Origin: Candidatus Altiarchaeota archaeon
GTDB lineage: Archaea; Altiarchaeota; Altiarchaeia; IMC4; SCGC-AAA252-I15
NCBI GenBank assembly: GCA_043800255.1
Contig: JAZDNF010000001.1
Location: 128,001 to 192,000, forward strand
Direction of reading: 5' to 3'
Length of the DNA stretch: 64,000 nt
Below, in pieces: positions 25,617-36,400 of this stretch. Both the position numbers and the translations under genes were made by a program. Numbering within the stretch: position 1 is the first letter of the stretch; each line of letters starts with the position of its first letter. Below the pieces are notes generated by a model that did no database searches, was not told where the DNA came from, and saw only the letters and a program-made list of their open reading frames with translations.

Positions 25617-27133
25617 CAGGGACTTTTCTTGGAGATTCTTAGAAGCGTTTCGTTGTTAATCGCTGAAAATATCGAATCCCTGTGCCAGTCCTCGTTCAAA
25701 AATGTACCGACGTTTTCGAAATTATACTCCTGGTCCATCTTCTGCATGAGTAACTCCCTGCCAGGGTAGGAGAAAAGGGATGTCATGACGTAGACTGGAG
25801 TTCCGTTCTCGAGGCTGATGTCCACGTCTGCAAGCATCTTGTCCATGCCCTCAGCGCCATCTGCGACGCTGTAGCCTCTGGCCCTCCTCTTAGCGTAGTA
25901 TTCTATGTGGTATGACTGGTCCATCGTCAGGATGAGGGCATTTGGTTCCGTGTTCTTCATAACCTCGAGCGCGAAAGCTTTTGGCCCGGAGAGCTCTGAC
26001 CTGAATTCCAGTATCGGCTGTATGGTGAAGAACATCCACGACATGAGGATTATGAGCACGATGACTGATGCTACGTTGCCTGCCCTCCCCCAAATAACGT
26101 CCAATGCGACTCCCATGAACATGACGACGGGAACCAGCGCCGGTATTACGTATCTGGGCGTTGTTATCCCCAGGTTCCCGCCATAGAGGAAGAATGCGAC
26201 CGCCCAGCCCAATATCACAAGGCTCTTGCGCTTTTCCCTTTTGAAGTACGCCAGAAAACCGGCCGCGAACAGCAGCCAACCTAACGGCGTGATTGAGATA
26301 GTAGCCCACTCCAATGATGTCGGCAGAACATCAGAGAAAATTCCCAGCCATCTGGCGTAGCCTGCGACATACCTCAGGGGTTGAATACCCTCTGACGTGA
26401 ACATCGGAAGATACAGCAGCAGAAACATCAGGGCTGCTGGCAGCAATAGCGTCAGCAGTTCCTCAGCAAACGCTTTAGGGTTCTTGTCGAGCATCAGCCT
26501 CAGGGCGTCTCCCTTCTTTTTAACCTTCACCGGGGATTCCCTGTAGTATATCAGCATGAAAAACGGAAGGAACAGCAGGTTCACAATCCTTATCGCGATG
26601 GCATAACCGCATGCCAGCGAGGCTAATACTGTGAGCCGTCTCGATTTCGTCCTGCTGGCTCTCGCTGAAAGATACGCTGCCAGCAGCAGGAAGAATACCT
26701 CTGTCGCATGGTCTTTGGCGTAGGTTGAAAGGGACAGGTAAACAGGGAAAACCGTCAGAATCAGTGAGGAGAATATCGCAGCCCTCCTGGACTGGAAGAA
26801 CTCCTCCACAAAGTAGTAGAGCATGACCACGCCCAGGGAGCCGAGCAGCACTGACGTGAACGTGCACGCGAACTCAGCGGACTCAGCTCCGGTGAGCGCG
26901 TGGTGTATGGCGTACAAGACGGTTGCGATAATCACCTGTCCCGGATATCCTGGCGGGTGCATGTAGTGGAGGTTCAGCGTCTTGAACGTGTTCTCCACAG
27001 CTATCGCCATAATCACGGAGTCTGTGTGGAATAAGCCGTCGTTCATGTAGGCGAAACGCGGCAGAAAGGCGATGACGAATATTGCAATCGGTATCATCCA
27101 TCTCTCTTTCAGAAAGCCCTTGGAAGAACTCAT
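25616..27133 (-). CDS. GT-C fold glycosyltransferase (GT39-like)
   Basis: HTDS loop, HPPGYP, multiple TM helices, PRY motif. Confidence 0.8.
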   Translation of the reverse strand: MSSSKGFLKERWMIPIAIFVIAFLPRFAYMNDGLFHTDSVIMAIAVENTFKTLNLHYMHPPGYPGQVIIATVLYAIHHALTGAESAEFACTFTSVLLGSLGVVMLYYFVEEFFQSRRAAIFSSLILTVFPVYLSLSTYAKDHATEVFFLLLAAYLSARASRTKSRRLTVLASLACGYAIAIRIVNLLFLPFFMLIYYRESPVKVKKKGDALRLMLDKNPKAFAEELLTLLLPAALMFLLLYLPMFTSEGIQPLRYVAGYARWLGIFSDVLPTSLEWATISITPLGWLLFAAGFLAYFKREKRKSLVILGWAVAFFLYGGNLGITTPRYVIPALVPVVMFMGVALDVIWGRAGNVASVIVLIILMSWMFFTIQPILEFRSELSGPKAFALEVMKNTEPNALILTMDQSYHIEYYAKRRARGYSVADGAEGMDKMLADVDISLENGTPVYVMTSLFSYPGRELLMQKMDQEYNFENVGTFLNEDWHRDSIFSAINNETLLRISKKSP

Positions 27134-27897
27134 CTTATATAATAGGGCGACTCGTCAAGAAACTTCTGCTGGCTGTCCTCAAGCTGCTTCTGGGTGGACA
27201 GCATCTTGCTGATCTTGCTTAGCTGCTTCTCAGTCTCCTTGGCCTTCTCGGCCAGGGCTGACATGTCAATCTCGATGTCCAGGATCTTCGTCAGGACGTC
27301 CAGCACAGCCTCGGCGGATTTTGCGTCTATTATCTGCCCGTGTGTCTCGCCCATAAGGCACACTGCTTCGATGTTGTGCTGCATTCCCAGCCCTAGCAGA
27401 AGTCCGGAGGCCCCGAATATGGCGCCGCCGCCCTTGAAGATGATGCCGTACTTCTCGAACTCCTTCACCAGCTTCAGGTCGGTTGCCGCGCCGAACACTT
27501 TCGGGTTTCTCGTGATGTTCCCAGTCCCCAGGCCTCCGAGGGTGAAGATCCTCTTGAGGTTGAATTTTTTCCCGACTTCGATGGTCTTCTCCGCCAGATT
27601 ATACTGGCTTTCAGGCGTTATGCCCTGGAAGTCCCCTATTAGTAGTATGATGTCGCCGCCCTCCCTCTTGTGGTAGTACAGCTCCATGTTGACCAGTTTA
27701 ACGGTGCCGTCGTCCTTTATCATAACCTGGGGCGGCAGGTACGGTGAGTATATCTCAGCGAACTTCTTAGCCTTAATCTCGTCGAGCATGTGGTCTGCAG
27801 CCAGCTTCCCTACCAGGCCTATCCCCGGCAGACCCTCTATCATTATCGTGTTGTTCAGCTTCGGCTGCTCGAAGAATATCACCTTGACGTCATCCAT
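27130..27897 (-). CDS. Proteasome assembly chaperone PAC2 family protein (TIGR00162-like)
   Basis: IEGLPGIGLVGK, TLGG, CLMGET; conserved aIF2a-nop10-PAC2 context. Confidence 0.9.
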   Translation of the reverse strand: MDDVKVIFFEQPKLNNTIMIEGLPGIGLVGKLAADHMLDEIKAKKFAEIYSPYLPPQVMIKDDGTVKLVNMELYYHKREGGDIILLIGDFQGITPESQYNLAEKTIEVGKKFNLKRIFTLGGLGTGNITRNPKVFGAATDLKLVKEFEKYGIIFKGGGAIFGASGLLLGLGMQHNIEAVCLMGETHGQIIDAKSAEAVLDVLTKILDIEIDMSALAEKAKETEKQLSKISKMLSTQKQLEDSQQKFLDESPYYIR

Positions 27898-28054
27898 CCT
27901 CAATCAACGCTGTCATGCGCCTCCTGTATTCTCCGTACTTGTCCTCAGGCGAGTATTTTGGAGGAACGACCGTCTTCGCCCTTGCGCCGCATTTCGGGCA
28001 CGCGCTCTTTAGTGTGTATTCCCCGCACTTCTCGCACTTCAGCATGTTGTTCAT
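27890..28054 (-). CDS. nop10: H/ACA RNP protein Nop10 (54 aa, below ORF-track cutoff)
   Basis: Manual translation MNNMLKCEKCGEYTLKSACPKCG...PPKYSPEDKYGEYRR. Confidence 0.93.
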   Translation of the reverse strand: MNNMLKCEKCGEYTLKSACPKCGARAKTVVPPKYSPEDKYGEYRRRMTALIEDG

Positions 28055-28842
28055 TTGCTCGGGAGCGACCTGTGGAAAACCCCCTCACCACCGTTTTTTT
28101 CCATGTATCCTATCCCATCCTCTATTGCCTTCTCAAGCACCTTCTCCGCCGTCTTATACTCTTTCGCCCTGACTTTGACCGAGTATAACGGAGCCGAGGT
28201 GTAGCTTACCTCGATCGTGCTGTCCGTCTTGTAGCCTGAAATCCTGCCCAGAGTCTCCCGTATTGTGTCAATGCCGTTCGGTTTATAAGTTTTAAGCTCG
28301 GCATAGCCGTTTATGCTGACATAAGGCGCTTTTATGTTCTTCTGAATCAGCTCAAGAAGCTTCTTCTTCCACTTTTCAGGAATCTTCCACGAGTCCACGA
28401 CCTTATTGTCTGCAGCAGCAGCCTCAAATGCGCCGTACATTGAGTCATAGTCGTTGCCTATCTCCTTGGAAATCCTCGTGAGCACTTCATTGGAATCCAA
28501 CTTCAGCTCTGCGGCTAGAACCCCTACCAGCTTCTCAGACCGCTGGAACTTTTTGGCATCCTTCAGTTTTGCCTTCTTCTGGGATTCAGTGACCCGCCTC
28601 AGCGAGAGGTCTATGTGCCCCTTCTGGTCGTCGACGTTCAAAACCATGAGGACGACCTTCTGGCCCTCCCTCACGTAGTCTCTGATGTTCCTGACCCACT
28701 TCAGCGATATCTCCGACAGGTGGAGCATGCCCCTCTTGCTGCCGTATTCGTCCAGGGTTATGAACGCCCCCTGCTTGAAAATCTCCTTGACAGTCCCTAT
28801 CACGAACTCCCCAACCTCTGGAAAATCTCCCGCAGCCTTCAT
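28051..28842 (-). CDS. eif2a: Translation initiation factor 2 alpha subunit
   Basis: FPEVGEFV, S1 domain, KGHIDLSLRRV, SAPLY. Confidence 0.95.
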   Translation of the reverse strand: MKAAGDFPEVGEFVIGTVKEIFKQGAFITLDEYGSKRGMLHLSEISLKWVRNIRDYVREGQKVVLMVLNVDDQKGHIDLSLRRVTESQKKAKLKDAKKFQRSEKLVGVLAAELKLDSNEVLTRISKEIGNDYDSMYGAFEAAAADNKVVDSWKIPEKWKKKLLELIQKNIKAPYVSINGYAELKTYKPNGIDTIRETLGRISGYKTDSTIEVSYTSAPLYSVKVRAKEYKTAEKVLEKAIEDGIGYMEKNGGEGVFHRSLPSK

Positions 28843-28895
28843 GTTTTTGATGTGTATGTATGGTTTTAATAAATAATAAAGCCAATATTAAGATT

Positions 28896-29375
28896 ATGCG
28901 TTCGCACATTTTCATCGCGTTGGTCGAGCACAAGCCGGGAGTCCTGCAGAGGGTCGCCTCGATGTTCAGCAGGAGGCGCTTCAACATAGAGAGCATCACC
29001 GTCGGACCCACCGACAACAATAACATTGCGAGGATGACCATCCTCACGGAGGGCGATGACAAGATACTGGAGCAGATCACCAAGCAGATGAACAAGCTCT
29101 CCTGCGTCATAAAGGTCATCGACGTCGGAAGAGAGGACGCCATATGCAGGGAACTGTGCCTTGTGAAAATCCACGCCCCCGAGGAGAAGTCCAAAAGCCA
29201 GGTCATACAGTACGTTAACGTCTTCAGGGGCAGCGTCGTCGACGTGAATCCCAAGTCGATAACCGTTGAGATAACAGGCGACTCGGAGAAGGTTGACGCT
29301 TTCATACAGCTTGTCAGGCCCCTCGGCGTCAAGGAAGTCTCCAGGACGGGGATGACTGCAATGCAGCGGGGTTAG
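28896..29375 (+). CDS. ilvH: Acetolactate synthase small subunit
   Basis: VEHKPGVLQRVASMFSRRRFNIESI, RELCLVKI, RTG. Confidence 0.93.
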   Translation: MRSHIFIALVEHKPGVLQRVASMFSRRRFNIESITVGPTDNNNIARMTILTEGDDKILEQITKQMNKLSCVIKVIDVGREDAICRELCLVKIHAPEEKSKSQVIQYVNVFRGSVVDVNPKSITVEITGDSEKVDAFIQLVRPLGVKEVSRTGMTAMQRG

Positions 29376-29377
29376 TG

Positions 29378-30442
29378 ATGGGATCCTCTTTAAGAATATT
29401 CAGGATATTCAACATCTTAGTGGAACTGCATTGGACGTTCGTCCTGTTCCTGTTGTTCCTGCTGTTCTTCATAGGCTTCAAGAGCTTCCTGTTTTTTATC
29501 ATCGTGTTCTTCTTCGTCCTATCCCACGAAATCTGCCACTCGCTTGTAGCGAAGGCGAATGGCATAGCAGTTGAACGCATAGTGCTGACATTCTTCGGCG
29601 GCATGGCCAACGTTGACATCCCCGAAAACCCGAAACTGGAGCTGAAGATGGCATCGGTTGGGCCTGCCTTCAACCTATTCGTTTTCTTGCTGGGCTTCCT
29701 GGCAATCAAGCTGTTGGGGCTTCCGCTTGCAGACTACTCCCAAGTACTGGAATCTCCTGGAGTAACGGCTTTGGACGTTCTTTACCTTATCGTCTACGTC
29801 AACCTGATGCTCGGGCTTTTCAACATCATCCCCGGTTTTCCGATGGACGGCGGCAGAATGCTGCGGTCTTTCCTCGCGTTGAAGATGGACTACCTCAGGG
29901 CCACTCGTCTGGCTGTTGAGGTCAGCCATTATCTGGTTTTCCCGCTTTTTGTGCTCGTTGGACTGTACACTGGCAATGTCTTCCTGATTGTCATCCCCCT
30001 TTTCCTGTATATGGCGAGTTCGGGCGAACTAAAGTTCATAACCCTCAAGAGGGCGTTCCAAGGTATGGCAGTCGGTCAGGTGGCGAAGTCGGATTACGTT
30101 CACGTCAACAGTTCGCTCACAGTCGGCGAGTTTCTTGACGGGTTCGCGAAGCCCTTGGAAAGGTACTATGTTGTCGTAGACGACGCTAAACGGGTGATCG
30201 GGGTTCTTGACCTGAGGAGCCTAGTGAACACTCGGTCGGACGTAAAGATAGGGGACAAGATTGTAAGCGACTTTCAGACTCTGGAATATAGCGTGCCGCT
30301 GGACCGGTCGCTGAAGAGGGTGCTTGACAGCGAGTTCCTGCTTGTTGTAGATGGGGACAAAGTTAAAGGTTACATCACCGGAGAAATTGTTGTGAAGACG
30401 CTGTTCTACTACAGCCTAAGAGGCCAAAAAAACAGTTTTTAG
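29378..30442 (+). CDS. Site-2 (M50) membrane metalloprotease with CBS domains
   Basis: HEICH, VGPAFN, FNIIPGFPMDGGR, C-terminal CBS pair. Confidence 0.92.
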   Translation: MGSSLRIFRIFNILVELHWTFVLFLLFLLFFIGFKSFLFFIIVFFFVLSHEICHSLVAKANGIAVERIVLTFFGGMANVDIPENPKLELKMASVGPAFNLFVFLLGFLAIKLLGLPLADYSQVLESPGVTALDVLYLIVYVNLMLGLFNIIPGFPMDGGRMLRSFLALKMDYLRATRLAVEVSHYLVFPLFVLVGLYTGNVFLIVIPLFLYMASSGELKFITLKRAFQGMAVGQVAKSDYVHVNSSLTVGEFLDGFAKPLERYYVVVDDAKRVIGVLDLRSLVNTRSDVKIGDKIVSDFQTLEYSVPLDRSLKRVLDSEFLLVVDGDKVKGYITGEIVVKTLFYYSLRGQKNSF

Positions 30443-30468
30443 TAATGTATTTCCAATAAGAGATCACT

Positions 30469-33400
30469 ATGGAAATCCCCGCAGGCTGCAAGTCTTCAGG
30501 GAGCCTGAGTCTCCTAAGAAAATACTGTTCTGTCCTCGCACTCATTCTACTCTACCTAATATCTCCTGCTCTGGCTGAAACCACTTGCGAGGTTACTCCC
30601 GACAGGGTGTGCGGTGACGGCGACCCATGGTATGGCACAATACTCATAAACGCGGAGGGAAACTATAATTCGGCAGGTTCGGCGGCTGTTGACATTAACA
30701 ACAATGTAATGAGCGGCGCCTCAACTTCAGACTGTTTTGTTAAAATCGTTGCAGTGCAAAGCGACGGCGACTCATGGTGCCTAACCCCCGCTGGCGTTGC
30801 GTATGCCTGTCCTAGCATGCTCAACCTGCATGTAGCTAACTACTCTGAAGCGTTCTCTGGCGAGTACAGCGTACTCGGCGACCCTATACTATATATCAAT
30901 CCTTCGACAGGGGTGCCTGACCCTGACAACGGAAACTATACTGTCGTTGACGCGGACTGGGAGTTTGTAGGGATAAACGAGTCTCATGAGGTTTCCGAGA
31001 TTTACAACATACGGAAGAGGGAGGAGCCTGATTTTTCGGTTGTGAAGAGGATTGTCGTTTACACTCTGGTCAGAGGGTGTGATAACATAGAGTTGATAGG
31101 CGGGATAAACTGTAAGAATGAGAAACTCACCCAGGTTGACTATGACGTATTGGGCGGGGAAGCCGATACCGTCTACTATAAGAACCTACAGAATCGCGGC
31201 TACACGCCGTGCGAGTATTTTGTGATAGACTATGGCAAATTCTACCGGTATCCTGGAGTCTATTTCGTCCTGTTGAACAAGTCCAAGTTCGGCTCTAACA
31301 GGGGGCTTAGCTACTATAGCATAGTGGGGCAGGAGGATTCGCGTAGGGGCATAAGCCGCCTCTACGAGGAGTCCATACGCTCGCATGAGTTTTACGATCC
31401 GTCTGATCGTGTATGCTGCAGGTATTCCACAGCAACTGGGGGGGTGAGCAACTATAAATGCGTCAGCTATGAGCAGTGCGAGGCTTGCGCATTCGGAACA
31501 AGCTGTTCTGAGGTCGCTCCGAGCTACTGTGCGGACCAGACGCCTATCTGCTGCGGTATGGACTGCAGTTCTGGCGACTTTAGGGAGTTGAGGAGCGTTT
31601 ACAATTCCATTCTTATCTGGAATTGGGAGGCCGGTCCTAGAGTGGTCGGTTGTGATCTCTGCGGGCCAGGTAACGTGACCTGCTCCATGGGGAGCTCATT
31701 GTCTGCGTATTACGCCCACCCGAGCAAGAACATCAGAATATATCCTCCATATTATCCTGATAGGTACTGCGGCTACTACTTCGAGCCGCGACAGATGATT
31801 GGCACGTGTGACTGCGTCACGGGCGAGAACTGTGGAGAAGACGACTGCGCGAGATGCTCTAGGATGGGCTATGGTTGCAGGTGGGATACTGCAGGAATAA
31901 ATGAGTGCTTAGGGTGTCACTATTCCATAGAGCCCACTGCCCAACCTGACCTTAAGTTGATCGACAAATCTGTCAAGAGTATTGAAACGGCTCTAAATGA
32001 GACTTTCATAACCTGGAGCGAATGGTGGTGCAACTCATGCGGCAAGAACATGCAGGGGGGCAACGATGGCCCGTGGGGGCTGATACAGGGCGAGGGTGCG
32101 ACATGCATGGGACTGGACAATGATACGACAATACCCTGCTCGTTATACGACTGTAAGGTGCCTTGGAATTGCTCTGACCCCCAACCAGTCGGCAATAATT
32201 GGAATTACCCCAGCAGGGGGGCTGGCGTCGGCTACATATACTATATTGCTCAAGGCAGCAGAGACTATGGTGATTATCTTACCGATGTCGATCCGACAAA
32301 CTGTTCGGACTATGTTACAGACAGCGACCCCCCATACTTTCTGAACGACAGATATTCTAAATGCTACAACGACGGAAGCACCTGGAAGTGCAACTGCACC
32401 CGCCCTGAGCACGTCCCGAAACAGCACACTCCCTGCGAATGTCCATCCGGCAGTTATGACTGCTGCATAGAGTACGTCGACTACGATGATGCGCAAACCT
32501 TCCTAATAAACGAGGAAAAAGCGGTGCCATCACCGTGTGCTCCAAGCCCTCAGGGCTTGCACTGTTATTTCTACGGTGAAGAGGAGGCAGGCGCCTCAGA
32601 GTGCACATGTGAAATGTCATTGGGAACATGCGACCCGCCTGACGGCTACTGTTCAAAAAACGCGGGAGAAACGCCTGTGACCTGCTCTGCGGACTGCAAC
32701 AGCTGCGATCCAAAACCGTGCAATGATAATGCAGTGTGCGAGCCTAACGAGCACTACTCCTGGTGTGATGACTGCCTCTGCGAGGACTCAAGCGATGGTT
32801 GCGATTTCGGTTCGGACGATGAGAATCCACTTTTCTGCATAGCAGACGTCTACATCCCCCAGTATACCGGAGCGGCACCGCCCGTGAATCCGAGCACAGG
32901 AAAAGCTGTCAACAAATTCAACAGGTGCCCATGCGGAGACAATAGGTGTTCTCCGATATTCAACGAGAACAACGAGACATGCCCAAACGATTGCGGATAC
33001 CCCCCAAGCGTTGTAGGCGACGGCGTCTGCTGGAATAGAGATGGGGCGACCGAGAGCTGGATGAATCAGGGGCCCACCTGCTATGCTTTCATAGGGAACT
33101 GGGCTGACGGTTGCGCGACCGTGGACTGCCCCCTCCCGCCGGGGGAGAACGGTGATGGGGTCTGCCAGTTCTGGAATGGAGAATGGCAGGGCGGCGAAAG
33201 CGAGGACATGGAAGTAATCGACAGCTCCGCCGACTGCAGTGGGAGCTACGATTGCTGTGTGCCGGCTGACGTATATTGTGACGATGACGGAGTCTGCAGG
33301 ACCGACAGACGAGAGGGAGAATACAGCGCGTCATATCCTACTCCCCAGACCTGTGCTGACTGCCAGGGCTGTGACACAACATGCAACGACGACGGCCATT

Positions 33401-36400
33401 ACGAGTACACGTGTTGTGAATACTACTGCTGGGACGGCATCGGAAACTGTAATGTTCCATGCTCCGCTGGAGACCCTGACGTCTGTTCCTATCAGAATCC
33501 AGTGTCATGTGGCGCAAGCGACCCAGACCAGTGCCCGACTTCGCCTCAGTGGGTCGGTTGCGACCCAGGCGAGACCAGTACGAACTGTCCCAATGACTGC
33601 AAGGATAGTTCAGTATGCGATGGGGACGGAGACTGCGAGCCATGCTACGGTGAGAATACCGCAAATTGTGGTTCAGACTGCAAGCCAAGCGGGGCGTGCA
33701 TTGTGAACGGCATCTGTGAGCCAGTGTTCGGCGAGAATCTGCAAACATGCCCGCAGGACTGCCCGGTAACGGTCAACAATCCAGGAGACTGCGGTGACGA
33801 AGTATGTTGGTGGGATGTTTTCGGGTCACCCGGAAGTTCGCCGCCAGCCTGGGAGACTCATGAGAACTGTTGGGACGAGGACACCAAAACAGGCGACTGC
33901 CCCCACCCGCCGGGATGGTGCGGGGACTTTGTATGCTGGCCGTATCCTCCATTTATTGATACATCAAGTACATGTCATACTGACTTGGATGGCCCAGGAT
34001 ACGAGACTGACTACTGCTGCCCGCAGGACTGCGACCCGCAACCTTATGATGGTAATCACGTCTGCGAGCCTACTGAGAACTGCCAGGATAACGAGAATGA
34101 CTGCCCCTTCCCGCCAGCCAAGGACGTTAACAATGCCCCAAGAGATGATGATATCTGCCAGTGGTGGGCTGGGGAGACCCCGGCGGATGATGATGCATGC
34201 GACCCTCCGACGGTGGGCGAGTTGCAGTACGTCTGCAAGGGCACCCCGCCACGATGCTGCGCTTGCCCGGACGTTTACACGTCATCAGCATTCGACCCTT
34301 CATACTATAGGATGTTCACGAGGGATAGCATCTGGACGAAGACGTTCAAGATGACGCCTGAGGTGTCTAATTCAACCCTAAGGGATTGTACAACAGAGCT
34401 CTCGTGCCTCGAGGCGAAGAATCTTTACGGCCCAGCTGGCAGTCCAGGCGCATCATGCTGGGAGAATGCATCCAACCTGGTTTGTGACGGATGCTACGGC
34501 GGTGGGACAAACTGCAAGAACTGCAACGGCAATGACACCTACAAACAGCCGGTAACACAGTGCGGCGACTACACGATAAGCGCAGACGAGTGCATGGCAG
34601 ACCCGTGCGGGGCGGCGACCGTTGCCTCAGGCATAAAATACGGTGGCTGCTTCAATCCAGGAGGAGGATGCACGGACTGCTATACCATATGGGGTCGGGG
34701 CTGCTCCGCGTATGCTGCAGACCAGTGGAACTGCGAGCACGATCCTTGTGACATCGAAAACTGCGCCTGGAACAAGGCAGCTGGCCAGTGCCAGGATGTC
34801 GGGGCTTCACAGTTGTATTGTGCTGACGTGTGCCCGCCGGGTACGTGCTTTGAAGACGAATGCATAAAGTCGTCGAAACTGACATTGGACGGGTGCATGT
34901 TCACCTCTACTGGCCTGGGGTGTGTAAGCTGCGATGATGTCAGGTCGTGCTCTGATGTTGCAAAAGCCTCTTGTAAGGCTAACACATGCCGTGATCTCAA
35001 ATGCTTTTGGGACAGCACAGACAATCGCTGCAAGGACTGTAGAGGCGTCATTCACACGGAAGGATGCGCAGGATACGCGAACATCACAGACTGCATCGAC
35101 AACCCCTGTGGTGTGGTATCAGGCTGCGCCTGGGGCGAGGAGGACAAGTGCATTGACTGCTCCCTTATCAACTCATGTCAAGATTACCTTAAACCTTGCG
35201 GTCCTTTTACCGGAATCGGATGCAGGTGGGCACCTGACGAAAGTTGTACGGACTGCTATCCTGACGATCCATTGGGCCTGAAGGCATACGGAGCAGCATG
35301 TCATACTGACCCCTGCAACGTCGGACCCTGCGGGATGGTTGACACAAACCCTGGTTTTGGCGAGACATGGACCTGTATGCCGCGAGGAGAATATAAACTT
35401 GGGTGCTATGAGGCCGTCTACAGTGCCGCTGTTGAGGATGAGAAGATGCTGTGCAGCCTGAATGCGATGAATCTCACACCCGGAGGGTGCTACTGGGATC
35501 TGGAGGATGAACGATGCTACAGCTGCTACGGTCACGATGCATTAGATTCTGATGCGTCAGACAACGACAACTATCCTGTACCTGCGTGCGAGAACTATGA
35601 CCGGGGAAGAGAAGGGGACAACGTAACCTGCCTTGATGACTGGTGTGATATTGGACCATGCTACTGGAACAACACTAGGCTGAGCGGAGACCGCTGCAAA
35701 AAGGCGTTCTCGATAAAGCCTGCGGCAGACCAGACCGGCTGGATAAGAAGCGGAGGCAAGTCAGGCGAGCTTAGCCCGAATGAAATAGACGCCAACGCCG
35801 GCGGAGGCCCATTCTGGGTCCATGCTGGCGGCGGGGCTGACATACCAAATCTAAGCGAGGCATGGGGTAATACTCCCCCTTACCCGCCTAATCAGGCATT
35901 CTGTGCAGACTACCGGGAAGGCTCAATATGGTCTGAGCTGAAATCGTACTATACTGTGAGGAGGAACTATTGTTACAGCGTTCAGGATCCTGTCTTGAAC
36001 GCCTGCGATCCAACTACTACAACCTGCGCTCTAGGCGGTGTCGGAGGTGCAGGATGGTATGGGGAAGCAGGAGTTCAAGCGGAGAACCTCAATAGCAGAC
36101 GGCCCAGAAAGCCTGTGGGGGCTCATGGTGGCGATGGCGTTGATGACCCGCCATACGTTTGCGGCACGATGTGCGGCAAGTATGTAACGCCCTACAGCGA
36201 CCCCTACTCTCCGCCAATATTGTCGACCACACGGTGGCCTCACCCAGACGATTACTTCAACCCTTACATGTGGGCTTGGTTTAACCTGACGGTGAACGAG
36301 ACCGATCTCAGCGGCGTCAATGAGATGACAATCACCGACGTTTATGTCCGCAGCACATCCCTGAGGGCAGACAGCCGCGGGATAGAGACGAGAGGCGGGC

